DNA of 64,000 bases from Candidatus Poribacteria bacterium (GTDB lineage: Bacteria > Poribacteria > WGA-4E > PCPOR2b): NCBI GenBank assembly GCA_965215015.1, contig OZ244042.1, positions 4,480,001-4,544,000 on the forward strand. Reading direction: 5' to 3'. Shown one piece after another: positions 48,762 through 58,335 of the stretch. The translations under genes and the position numbers were made by a program. The notes beneath the pieces were generated by a model that made no database searches, was not told the DNA's origin, and saw only the letters and a program-made list of their open reading frames with translations. Every line of letters starts with the position of its first letter. The stretch's first letter is position 1.

Positions 48762-49030
48762 TTGTCTGAATCAGGATTCACTGGATTAGAGAATTTTCAG
48801 GATAGGATCTACCACATTGTTAGCGGTCTGTCCTGCCCTAACAGAGGGGTTACAAGACTGCTAACAATCCTGAAAGATTTACATCATTCATGATTCAATC
48901 CGCCTGTTAGCTGTCTGTTATGGGATTGTTAGGATCTTGTAGGGCAAGCCCTACCAATCAACTACCAATTGGCTAACAGACGGTTTATAACCTGAAGGTG
49001 ATAAATCCTTTCCTGAAAATCTTAAAATAT
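48762..49030. repeat. Second, expanded copy of the TTGTCTGAATC element
   Basis: Starts ttgtctgaatcaggatt; shares ctaacagacggttta and ataaatcctt with 47870-47907; right end degenerate. Confidence 0.6.
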
Positions 49031-49107
49031 TGATAGAGGCTATTGCGAATTAGCTCAGAAGCAAATAATGAATATTTGGAGCTATTCGCAGCATTAGAGG
49101 AGTCAAA

Positions 49108-49692
49108 ATGACAGGGAAAATCACTCAAACAGCGTTGGCAATGGAATACTTTACGGCCCACCCGAATCTGCCTATCAAACACTCTGAAGTAATTGACTGG
49201 GTTGCAAAAGAATACGAAGAAAGAACGGGGAGAAAATTTCGCTATCCGGGCCCGGCAATTCGCAGATTGGCACAAGAAGGGAAACTGATAAGGCTCGGGA
49301 GAGGTGTTTATAAATACACCCCCGATCTCATTACAAATCCTGAGCTAGAAGATTTCACCCCTGCCCAAAGGAAACAGATTTTCAAGCGGGATGACTACCG
49401 TTGTGTGATATGCGGCAAAGGACAACGGGATGGTGTCGAAATTCAGGCGGATTATATCAAACCGAAAGACTTAGGGGGCAAAGCAGTAATCGAAAATGGT
49501 CAAACACTTTGTGCAACTCACAATTTCCGTAAGAAAAACTTCAAACAGACAGAAACAGGGAAGAGGATGTTTATTCGTTTATACGAACTTTCAGAATCCG
49601 TTGGCGATCATGAGATACGAGATTTTTGTCGTAATATTCTTGAGGTTTTTGAAGAACACAACATAAATGATCACATTGAATGGAAACGCTGA
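49108..49692 (+). CDS. HNH endonuclease family protein with N-terminal wHTH-like region
   Basis: IFKRDDYRCVICG, ADYIKP, GG, NGQTLCATHN. Confidence 0.85.
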   Translation: MTGKITQTALAMEYFTAHPNLPIKHSEVIDWVAKEYEERTGRKFRYPGPAIRRLAQEGKLIRLGRGVYKYTPDLITNPELEDFTPAQRKQIFKRDDYRCVICGKGQRDGVEIQADYIKPKDLGGKAVIENGQTLCATHNFRKKNFKQTETGKRMFIRLYELSESVGDHEIRDFCRNILEVFEEHNINDHIEWKR

Positions 49693-49761
49693 CACAAGAG
49701 GACTAATAGACGGGAGATTTTCCACAACGAATTTAGGAAATCCCACAGGTTTTTAATGTGA

Positions 49762-50544
49762 CTAGACATCAACCGCGATGCGCTGTCCAATCCCCGTTAG
49801 TAAACGTCCGCCATCAACCACAAACGCACTTCCCGTGACAAATGACGCATCATCAGACGCTAGATAAACGACAGCTTTGGCGGTGTCTTCCGGTTGACCC
49901 GCACGTCCAATCGGTAACTCCTGTGCCCATCGCTCAAGTGCACTGTGTCGGTCAGCGTCAGGTGGCAGAATCATCGGTGTTGCTGTTGGACCGGGACAAA
50001 CTGCATTGACGCGAATGTTGTGTTTTGCGAAATCTAGAGCCATGCACTGCGTCAGAAGAATAATGCCAGCCTTCGATGCCCCGTAGACAGCATAGCCACT
50101 TCCGCCAGACATTCCGGCGGTGGAAGCTGTGTTAATAATCACCCCACCCCCTGTTTGTTGCATTGCGGGGATAGCGTATTTGGAAACCAGATAGACACTT
50201 TTTAGGTTAATGTCGATGCACCGATCCCAGTCGATTTCAGATATTGTGGTAACATCCCCAACAATTAGAATCCCCGCGTTATTATGCAGGATGTCTAACC
50301 GACCATGGCGGCGAAGAGTCTCTTGGATAAGGCGGTCTGCATCATCCGCTTTTGAAACATCGGATCGGACAAAGGATATACTCTTTTGGGTCTCTTGACT
50401 AATCTGTTGTGCAACGGCGTGCCCATCAGGATTTACGTCCGCGATGACGACATCTGCCCCTTCGGAGGCAAACCGTTTGGCGGTAGCCTCCCCAATGCCT
50501 GAGGCTCCACCCGTTACAATGACTGATTTTCCTTGAAATCTCAT
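49762..50544 (-). CDS. SDR family oxidoreductase
   Basis: TGGASGIG, NNAG, YGASK, VNAVCPG, VDGG. Confidence 0.93.
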   Translation of the reverse strand: MRFQGKSVIVTGGASGIGEATAKRFASEGADVVIADVNPDGHAVAQQISQETQKSISFVRSDVSKADDADRLIQETLRRHGRLDILHNNAGILIVGDVTTISEIDWDRCIDINLKSVYLVSKYAIPAMQQTGGGVIINTASTAGMSGGSGYAVYGASKAGIILLTQCMALDFAKHNIRVNAVCPGPTATPMILPPDADRHSALERWAQELPIGRAGQPEDTAKAVVYLASDDASFVTGSAFVVDGGRLLTGIGQRIAVDV

Positions 50545-50667
50545 CTGTTCTCCCTATCATAATTGTGGTTATTGAATGCGGCGCAATTGTACCTTACTCT
50601 GAAGATCAAGTCAACTCTCCTTACATTGTGCGATTCTTTTTGGGAATAAGTAGTTACTAGCTGTTAA

Positions 50668-50946
50668 TAGAACGCAAGCGAGCCCGGGGTCTAAAGAACC
50701 CCCTGCTTGCGGGGGGAATGAGGGGGGTAGGCATTATCAATGGACACCCAGAAAGTCGCGTTTGTAGTAGCACAATTTATTGTGCGTATATAGAACGCAA
50801 GCGAGCCAGGTGTCTAAAAAACCCCCTGCTTGCGGGGGGAATGAGGGGGGTAGGCATCATCAATGGACACCCAGAAAGTCGCGTTTGTAGTAGCACAATT
50901 TATTGTGCGTATATGGTATGCATCATCAATGGACACCTAGAAAGTA
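50668..50946. repeat. 123-bp tandem duplication of a composite REP unit plus a partial third copy
   Basis: tagaacgcaagcgagcc at 50668 and 50791; atcaatggacacc three times. Confidence 0.85.
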
Positions 50947-50956
50947 GGTTTCATGA

Positions 50957-52054
50957 ATGAAAATTGGTATTGTTGGGCTTCCTTATGTTGGAAAAACCTC
51001 TCTTTTCAATGCACTGACACAATCCGAGGCAGAAACGGGGACTTATGCCGCCAAAAAGGGATGGAACATCGGCTCGGTAAAAGTTCCCGACGAGCGGCTG
51101 GCGGCATTAGCAGGGATATTCAATCCAAAGAAGGTTACTCCAACAAACATCGATTATGTGGACGTCCCCGGCGTTACCAAGGGTGATATTGCGCTGGAAG
51201 GATTGGAAGGATTGGAAGCAAGCGTCATCGCTGAACTCCGTGAGGTTGACGCACTCGTCCATATTGTCCGTGTATTTGAGGATGATGCTGTGCCGCATGT
51301 TGACGGCGATGTAGCCCCAAAGCGGGATATCGAAACGATTGACATCGAGCTCGCCTTTGCGGATTTGGGAATTATCGACAACCGATTAGATCGGCTCAGT
51401 CGGGAGCTTCGGACACAGAAAATTCCAGCGTTAGAGCATGAGCGTGTAGTGTTAGAGCGGTGTAAGGACACACTGGAAGGAGGCACCCCCATTCGAGAGC
51501 TGCCGCTTTCCCCTGAAGATGAGCGGGCGATACGCGGTTACGGATTCTTGACGCAAAAACCGCTGTTATTGGTTCTCAATATTGGCGAAGATGAGTTGGA
51601 TAGCACAGAAGAGATACGTGCCAGTTTTGCGGAGTACGCGCAAACACGGCAGATTGAAATTATCACACTTTCCGCAAGATTGGAGATGGAGCTTGCGCGG
51701 CTGGACGCGGAGGATGCGGAAATCTTTCGCACTGAGATGGGACTCAGCGAATCCGCACCGGCCCAGGTGATTGAGGCTTCGTACCGCACTCTTGAACTGA
51801 TAACCTTCTTCACCGTCGTCTCGGATCAGTTGCAGGCTTGGACGCTCAAAAACGGTATGACCGCCCTTGATGGGGCAGCGGCAATCCATACGGACATGGC
51901 GCGGGGATTTATCCGGGCCGAAACCATCCACTGGGCGGATCTGGTAGATTGTGAGAGCTTAACAAAAGCGCGAGACGACGGGTTGTTACGGCTTGAGGGG
52001 AAAGACTATATTGTATCAGATGGCGATGTATTGACGATACGGTTTAACGTTTAG
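50957..52054 (+). CDS. ychF: Redox-regulated ATPase YchF (Obg family)
   Basis: IGIVGLPYVGKTSLFNALT, DVPG, LITFFT, IHTDMARGFIRAE, LEGKDYIVSDGD, RFNV. Confidence 0.93.
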   Translation: MKIGIVGLPYVGKTSLFNALTQSEAETGTYAAKKGWNIGSVKVPDERLAALAGIFNPKKVTPTNIDYVDVPGVTKGDIALEGLEGLEASVIAELREVDALVHIVRVFEDDAVPHVDGDVAPKRDIETIDIELAFADLGIIDNRLDRLSRELRTQKIPALEHERVVLERCKDTLEGGTPIRELPLSPEDERAIRGYGFLTQKPLLLVLNIGEDELDSTEEIRASFAEYAQTRQIEIITLSARLEMELARLDAEDAEIFRTEMGLSESAPAQVIEASYRTLELITFFTVVSDQLQAWTLKNGMTALDGAAAIHTDMARGFIRAETIHWADLVDCESLTKARDDGLLRLEGKDYIVSDGDVLTIRFNV

Positions 52055-52058
52055 AGGC

Positions 52059-52541
52059 TTACGACTCCTTGACATATAAGACGCCATCTTCCACTTTAAC
52101 CGGTAATTTTTCTATCGGCTGGGGCGGTGGCCCTGCGAGGACATTCCCCGCGCTGTCGAACACTCCACCGTGGCAGGGACAGAAGAACTGATCCTTCCCC
52201 TCATCCCATCGTACAAGGCAGCCAAGATGGGAGCAGACACGCGAATAAACCACAAAATTTCCAGCCCCTTGATCTGTCACATAGACGGAGCGTTTTTTAT
52301 GAGTCTCAACCCAACCATCTTTGGCTTGAAAGACGTAGTTGATTTTTTTATAGCGGCTCCCCTTCAGCAGATCGACGATACCGAGATCTACCCATTTTTT
52401 CGATACTTTTCTGAAAGCGGGTGAAATGGCAAACCCTATCAACGGCACAGCCATCGCTAGGCTAATTAGCCCACCGATAACTGCCATACACGCCTTAAAA
52501 AATGTGCGCCGTTTCTGCCTTTTCTCTGAGACGTTTATCAT
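52059..52541 (-). CDS. Rieske [2Fe-2S] protein (QcrA/PetC-like)
   Basis: RRTFFK Tat-like anchor; CSHLGC and CPCHGG boxes; GPPPQP. Confidence 0.9.
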   Translation of the reverse strand: MINVSEKRQKRRTFFKACMAVIGGLISLAMAVPLIGFAISPAFRKVSKKWVDLGIVDLLKGSRYKKINYVFQAKDGWVETHKKRSVYVTDQGAGNFVVYSRVCSHLGCLVRWDEGKDQFFCPCHGGVFDSAGNVLAGPPPQPIEKLPVKVEDGVLYVKES

Positions 52542-52552
52542 GTCAAGACCTC

Positions 52553-53509
52553 CTAATTTAAGTCCTCATCTAGGTCAACCTCCTCCACGCTGAAGCGGAG
52601 ATGTACCTTGTTGACCAGATCGATGACCTCCTGCCACTGTTTTTGAGTTTTCTCAGAGATGCCCTCCGCTTCGAGGGTTTGGGCAAATTCATTGATGGTG
52701 TTATAGAACTGTTGCCGCAAATAGGTATATTCTTCTGTACTGTTTGGATTCTTCGGAGGCTCAAAATCGGCGATTAATTCGGCGTGCTTCCCAAGCCGTC
52801 TTGCCGCTTTCACGGCTGCTTCTTTATCCTGATTATCTCCCTCCTGGAAATACGCTCGGATGAGGTCATATTCATCCTTCATCATAGCCATGACCTCTTT
52901 TAGATCCTCAGGTTCAATGGTTTCTGGCGCCTCTTCCTCAGCTTTCGCTGGTCTCTTCAGGAACAGGGCATAACTGATAGCAAGGGTTTTTTTCGGCAGG
53001 AGTGCAACAGCTTGGGACGCTTCCTGCTCCCCAGCAACCGAGGCAACATCTTTGCCAACCTCAAATTTATCTTCGATTCCCTTGCCACTAAATTGCTTGA
53101 GGAATCTGGCGTTGGCAATCCCAGCGGCTTCGCTGTGTTGATGTACCTCGACTTTGACCACCTTTCCCGTCATATCTAGTCCTACGCCACCGTTGATGAC
53201 ACCGTTCGGTCCTTTGACCTCTACCAACAAGGCTAACCCGATTGTTTTTTTATCCTGATTAACAGCAATATAAAATATCGGTTTAAGGTCTTCGGGACGC
53301 AGCTTTGTGTCAATTTCTGCTTCGATGGCGGCGACTTTTTCAGGCGTTAAGTTCGCCTTCTTTTCGACAAAGTTTGCCGCATTCGGAAAAATGGACGCCA
53401 ATTTCTCGCGGGGCGGGGTTGTTTCTGCCGCCCAAGCGACAGTGGATAGCACGGCAATTAAGATGCTTAAAAGGACGATTCGGTAAGAGGCAACGGCTAT
53501 GGGTTTCAT
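52553..53509 (-). CDS. Exported FMN-binding (RnfG/NqrC-like) domain protein with C-terminal four-helix domain
   Basis: GAGGAG RBS; signal peptide AWA-A; IFPNA, VKGPNGVI, FLKQFSGK; helical C-terminal region. Confidence 0.6.
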   Translation of the reverse strand: MKPIAVASYRIVLLSILIAVLSTVAWAAETTPPREKLASIFPNAANFVEKKANLTPEKVAAIEAEIDTKLRPEDLKPIFYIAVNQDKKTIGLALLVEVKGPNGVINGGVGLDMTGKVVKVEVHQHSEAAGIANARFLKQFSGKGIEDKFEVGKDVASVAGEQEASQAVALLPKKTLAISYALFLKRPAKAEEEAPETIEPEDLKEVMAMMKDEYDLIRAYFQEGDNQDKEAAVKAARRLGKHAELIADFEPPKNPNSTEEYTYLRQQFYNTINEFAQTLEAEGISEKTQKQWQEVIDLVNKVHLRFSVEEVDLDEDLN

Positions 53510-54003
53510 CAGTTTTTCTCCTCGCAAATTATTTTTGTACATCAGTATAACTGGCACAGATAGCAACTGTCAAGCCAATCAGGAAAGTTCACTTACCCCC
53601 ATTTTTTAAAGAGGTATAATGTTGGTTGTTTTTGAGAGGTATAGAAACCGTCAAAACCCCGCATCAACCTGTTATGGCTCTTAGCTTGTATCAGTTATGG
53701 CTTACTGTTTATCACCTATCAAAAGTCAGGCGATCGATGGGCAAAAGCATTCAACACACGGGCAAAAATCTACTCACTGATTACGGTCATAAAGCACGTG
53801 GTGGCGGAGGCGTGGCGCGGGTGGTGTCTCAATCCCTGCTTCACACTCCCACTGTGCAGGGGAGATACATGCCAACACCCTTAATCACAAGTATTCTCAC
53901 TATCCTAAATCATAAAAATAAATCAAATCTATAACCAAAAAAAATGGGGGTAAATGAATTAAGCGAGGGCTATCGGCTTACAGATGCATCAATAGTATAC
54001 AAT

Positions 54004-54618
54004 TGTCAGCATCTGGATTTACCAGATTCTATGATTCTCAGCATTTTTAGATGCTGCCGTTTCTATCCTGTTTATCCTTCCATCTTGGAAACCCTGATTC
54101 AGCACACCGATTCACATAGCCATCTGATTCAGACATCTCCCGCCACTGTCAGCATCTGGATTTACCAGATTCTATGATTCTCAGGAGTTTTAGATGCTGC
54201 CCTTTCTATCCTGTTTATCCTTCCATCTTGGAAACCCTGATTCAGCACACCGATTCACATAGCCATCTGATTCAGACATCTCCCGCCACTGTCAGCATCT
54301 GGATTCACCAGATTCTATGATTCTCAGGAGTTTTAGATGCTGTCGTTTCTATCCTGTTTATCCTTCCATCCTGAAAATCCTGATTCAGACATCTCCCGCC
54401 ACTGTCAGCATCTGGATTTACCAGATTCTATGATTCTCAGGAGTTTTAGATGCTGCCCTTTCTATCCTGTTTATCCTTCCATCCTGAAAATCCTGATTCA
54501 GACATCTCCCGCCACTGTCAGCATCTGGATTTACCAGATTCTATGATTCTCAGGAGTTTTAGATGCTGCCCTTTCTATCCTGTTTATCCTTCCATCCTGA
54601 AAATCCTGATTCAGACAT
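54004..54618. repeat. Tandem array of five palindromic units (143, 143, 113, 113, ~103 bp)
   Basis: Units start tgtcagcatctggatt at 54004, 54147, 54290, 54403, 54516 and end gattcagacat; near-identical, no unique spacers. Confidence 0.92.
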
Positions 54619-54655
54619 TAAGCTCGGACTTGTCGCTATCTCTCAACCCAACCTC

Positions 54656-55993
54656 TTAGCTGGACCCCGTCTTTCCCAAATCGCGGCGGAGCTCATCTGC
54701 TGAGGCAAGGCCCGCAACTGTGCCCGGGGGATGTTTATACCACCCCGGATCATCATAGCTGGCAAGATGCTCTCGAACTTTTAGGAGGGTAAACATACCG
54801 CCCATTGTGATGTAATCGAAGGGGCCCCGTGCACCGACCATAGGGATGCTGTTTTTTGGCACCCCCATGTGGCCCGCTTCGACATGAACCCCGTGTTCCC
54901 CCATGCCGTGTTCTCCCATTGTCATATACCCAGGCAGCAGATGGCGAATTTTTTGGTCAAGTCCGTTTTTCTGAATACCCACAATATTCGGGAAATTGTG
55001 CCCCATCTGATTCATGACATGGTGGGTCATATGGCAGTGCACCGCCCAATCCCCCGGCTCACTGGCGACAAACTCGATATCCTGCGTGTCACCGACTGGA
55101 ACAAAGAGAGTGCTGCCGGGCAGCTGCCCTGAAATCGGGATGCGACCCCCATTCGTTGCAGTAACCTTGAAGTAGTGACCGTGGAGGTGAATTGAATGAT
55201 GGTCCATTGCCGAGAGGTTGCCGAAACGGATCCGCACCCGATCGCCCATTTTGACGACTAACGGCTCGGTTCCAGGATAACACTTTGCATTCATCGTCAG
55301 GACGTTGAAGTCGGTCATCTCGTTAGGATTGGGCGTGGTCGTCCCCGGATCAATTCGCCACTCACTTAACATAATCGCAAAGTCTCGATCTACCCTGTAA
55401 TCGGGCGAGGCTTTTCTGGGATGGAAAATGAGCATTCCCATCATACCCATCGCCATCTGAGTCATCTCGTCATGGTGGGAATGGTACATGTAAGTCCCCG
55501 ATTGGCGCACCGTCCACTCGTATTTGAAGGTCTCACCCGGTTGGATGGCGCGCTGGGTTAGCCCGCCGACGCCGTCCATCCCGTTCGGGAGAAAGACGCC
55601 ATGCCAGTGGACGGATGTAGGGGCTTTAAGTTTGTTGGTGAGGTAGATGCGGATATGGTCGCCCTCCACCGCCTCAATAGTCGGACCATGGACTTGTCTA
55701 TTGTAACCCCAACACTTCGCTTTCAAACCGGGGGCGAAGTTGTGCCATACCTCCTCAGCAATCAAGTGAAAGACTTTAACGCCGTCAACAATCTTCCACG
55801 GTAGAGCGGAATTGTTGGGCGTGATAATCGGCGTATAGTCCTTATCGGGCAACCCCGGCTCCAACGCTGGCTGTTGCGCGACACCTGCGTAAGATTTTTC
55901 CCATTGGGACTCGGTTGAGTTTGATTGAGCCGGCCCCAGCGCAACGGCACCGCCAACCAGTGCCCCTGTTTTCAGCATATCCCTTCGATTCAT
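54656..55993 (-). CDS. Tat-exported multicopper oxidase
   Basis: MNRRDMLK Tat signal; HWHG, MYHSH, HSIHLHGH, HCHMTHH copper ligands. Confidence 0.92.
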   Translation of the reverse strand: MNRRDMLKTGALVGGAVALGPAQSNSTESQWEKSYAGVAQQPALEPGLPDKDYTPIITPNNSALPWKIVDGVKVFHLIAEEVWHNFAPGLKAKCWGYNRQVHGPTIEAVEGDHIRIYLTNKLKAPTSVHWHGVFLPNGMDGVGGLTQRAIQPGETFKYEWTVRQSGTYMYHSHHDEMTQMAMGMMGMLIFHPRKASPDYRVDRDFAIMLSEWRIDPGTTTPNPNEMTDFNVLTMNAKCYPGTEPLVVKMGDRVRIRFGNLSAMDHHSIHLHGHYFKVTATNGGRIPISGQLPGSTLFVPVGDTQDIEFVASEPGDWAVHCHMTHHVMNQMGHNFPNIVGIQKNGLDQKIRHLLPGYMTMGEHGMGEHGVHVEAGHMGVPKNSIPMVGARGPFDYITMGGMFTLLKVREHLASYDDPGWYKHPPGTVAGLASADELRRDLGKTGSS

Positions 55994-55994
55994 T

Positions 55995-57455
55995 TTAGTG
56001 TCCCCCTTCTGCAGCTGCGCTGTCAAAGTGTTTGACAGGGCCGTTCCTTTGCGATAGCGATGTATCTACCTGTGTATCCAGGACTAGCCTACCGTTGAGA
56101 ATCTGATCGAGTTTCGCTCGTGCGACATGATAGTTGTAGAGTATCTGGATGTAATCTCGACCGGCGTCAATCTGCTGTTGTTTCGCCAGCAATAATCGTG
56201 GGGTGCCTACCTGCATTGCATTGTACTGTAATTGAACCTGTTCGAGAATCTTCTCTTGGAGTGGCAGTATCTCGTTCTGATAAGACAGTGCACCCTGTCG
56301 AGCGGTCAGTAGACGGTGGCGTACGGCGCGGACTGCGGAACGAATCTCAACCGCTAGGGCGTGGTATTCACCCTGCCGTCGGCGTAATTCCGCTGCCGCC
56401 GCCGCGCGCTGCCCCCGTTTTTGATCAAAGAGTGGAATCTCAATCCCAAGCGCAGGGCCTGCTTTCCAGGCTCCATCTTCATACTCAAGTTCTCCTCCAA
56501 TCTCTAAGCGTGGTACAAGAGACATCGCTTTTGACACGCCGAGTTGCTTCCCGATAGATACGATGCGTTCCCGCGTGATGGCGAGATCTATGCTATTTTC
56601 GATTGCAATCTTCTCAACGTTCTCAAGTTTCATCAGTTCTGTTGGGATATTCGGTAGCCGAGCCTCAACCTTCCAAGCTGTTTCCTGACCCCACAGCCCC
56701 ATTAACCGATTGAGCCGTTCGCGGCTTTCGGCAAGGGCGACCTCCGCCGCGGTGAGCCCTAGCTTTGAACGCTCATAAAGCGCACGCTGAAGCAGCAGAT
56801 CCAGTGCCGGTATATTCCCCGCTTCGTGAAGTTGATGAGCAAATTCGTATCCCGCCTGAGTTGCTAGAACAACCTGACGCAACATCCCCAACATCTGCTT
56901 TTCAGCCTGAATGCGATAAAACGCCATGCGTGTCTGCCCTGCCAAATCCATCACAGCAGCTGTCACGCGAAGTTTTGCTGTCTCAAACTCCGATTTTGCA
57001 ATCGATCTTCGCATTGACCCATATAGAAACGAGAGGAAGTCCATCTCAATCGCGAAGGCGTAGGTGTCGTGAGCGGGGGGCGCCGTAGTTGTGTCCACGG
57101 GAAGACCAAATGTCGCGTTTCCATGAAAAGCAGGGTTCGAGAAGGAACCAGCCTCAACGACAGCGGCGTATGCGATACCGATCTCCTCATAGGTTGCCTG
57201 TAGGCGACGGTTATTCAGCAGCGCAATTTGAATGGCCGTATCGGTGACCAGCGGCTTATCTAGCAGCTCTTTAATTGTCTGCACTACTTCATCAGCCGGA
57301 TCCATGTTCGTATTCCAGTGAATAGGGAAGCCAATGCGTTCATCCACCTGCTGCTGGACTTCGTTGAAAGCTACTTTTTTCGATACACCAGCGCAGCCGA
57401 TTAGGAGGAATGACGCCGCGAAAAATAACGCGGCGTATCTCATTTTCTCGTTCAT
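55995..57455 (-). CDS. TolC family outer-membrane lipoprotein (copper-resistance associated)
   Basis: Lipobox LIGC; AIQIALLNNRRLQA; IPLFD; YNAMQ. Confidence 0.88.
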   Translation of the reverse strand: MNEKMRYAALFFAASFLLIGCAGVSKKVAFNEVQQQVDERIGFPIHWNTNMDPADEVVQTIKELLDKPLVTDTAIQIALLNNRRLQATYEEIGIAYAAVVEAGSFSNPAFHGNATFGLPVDTTTAPPAHDTYAFAIEMDFLSFLYGSMRRSIAKSEFETAKLRVTAAVMDLAGQTRMAFYRIQAEKQMLGMLRQVVLATQAGYEFAHQLHEAGNIPALDLLLQRALYERSKLGLTAAEVALAESRERLNRLMGLWGQETAWKVEARLPNIPTELMKLENVEKIAIENSIDLAITRERIVSIGKQLGVSKAMSLVPRLEIGGELEYEDGAWKAGPALGIEIPLFDQKRGQRAAAAAELRRRQGEYHALAVEIRSAVRAVRHRLLTARQGALSYQNEILPLQEKILEQVQLQYNAMQVGTPRLLLAKQQQIDAGRDYIQILYNYHVARAKLDQILNGRLVLDTQVDTSLSQRNGPVKHFDSAAAEGGH

Positions 57456-57476
57456 TTGGTAAACTCCTCACCTGTC

Positions 57477-58205
57477 TTAATGGCTGTGTTTGTGAGACTT
57501 CACGGCTTCGGGATCAGACATATCGCTGCGTGAGACGGGCATTTGCGTTTTCTCACTGTGGCACGTGAGCATCGCCCTTCCGAAATATGGGTTGCGAACG
57601 GGCTCGCCCATTTGCAGCCAGATCCCCCCTTCAGGCACCTCATGTGCCATCCCGCACACGTAGCTATAGATTGGCTTCTCGTAAATTGCGGGTATGCCCA
57701 CAGCAGCAATAAAATGCTTGAAACTATCGCTCAGTGAGCCGTAGGCAATCCGAGCAGCTTTGATGTCCGAGGGGGTGCCAAGTTCATGTCCGGCGTCGTG
57801 GATGGCCTCGGTATGGGCTTCGTGAGCACTCCACAGCTCAGCAGGAGCTTCGCCTTCAAGGGTGTGGAAAGCTTCAAGCATTGTATGTGCCTTCATATTA
57901 ACCTCCTCCACCGTATCGGACGCGAGCTGCTGCCCGATACTGAGATAGGCATCAAACATTGACGCCAATGCTTGCGCCCCATTAGGTGAGAGCTCAGGGC
58001 TGCTATGACCTCCATTACCTTCGTGCTTCTCTGCTGCCGACATATTGTGGTAATCGACGGATGCTCCCTGTTCGGCATTGGGATTTGCAGGATGATCTTG
58101 TGAGGTGATAAGGTCAACGGTTTTGCTACTGCAACCGATGGCTAGGAGTAAAAACAGGGGAATAAGTAGGGATAAAATTTGTTGATTGAAAACTCTGGAT
58201 AACAT
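57477..58205 (-). CDS. DUF3347-like His-rich lipoprotein
   Basis: Lipobox AIGC; DHPANP; AYLSI, LASD; CGMA, WLQ, VRNPYFGRAMLTC. Confidence 0.75.
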   Translation of the reverse strand: MLSRVFNQQILSLLIPLFLLLAIGCSSKTVDLITSQDHPANPNAEQGASVDYHNMSAAEKHEGNGGHSSPELSPNGAQALASMFDAYLSIGQQLASDTVEEVNMKAHTMLEAFHTLEGEAPAELWSAHEAHTEAIHDAGHELGTPSDIKAARIAYGSLSDSFKHFIAAVGIPAIYEKPIYSYVCGMAHEVPEGGIWLQMGEPVRNPYFGRAMLTCHSEKTQMPVSRSDMSDPEAVKSHKHSH

Positions 58206-58212
58206 GAGAATA

Positions 58213-58335
58213 ACCTCCGTTTTGAGTGAGAAAAGATCAGAGAAAGACTAGCGGTGTTGTGGTATAGGTGCACAGAAATACCGACCGATCAATACATCTT
58301 AGAATTAGAAAAATTAGGCGAGAGAAAACGGAGGT
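58213..58335 (-). promoter_or_regulatory. SD/anti-SD pairing linking the RAPP codons to the downstream RBS
   Basis: acctccgtttt (58213-58223) and aaaacggaggt (58325-58335) form a perfect 11-bp inverted repeat. Confidence 0.7.

Noticed and set aside
47195-49107. Bona fide integron
   Set aside because: No intI, mixed gene orientation, and I could not establish complete attC structures by eye; kept only as a cassette-like hypothesis.
43681-49692. Defence islet integrated at tRNA-Asn
   Set aside because: The islet lies on the 5' side of the tRNA beyond mqnD, and no duplicated tRNA 3' end or integrase was seen.
50718-50960. 80-aa ORF with internal repeat (also 38097-38336 and 60218-60400)
   Set aside because: Read-through of REP-like repeats with no coding evidence.
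54004-54618. Possible CRISPR array
   Set aside because: Units are 113-143 bp and near-identical throughout, with no unique spacers and no cas genes.
53626-54659. Short ORFs 53626-53934, 53944-54177, 54337-54546, 54450-54659
   Set aside because: No recognisable motifs; the last three are translations of the tandem repeat.
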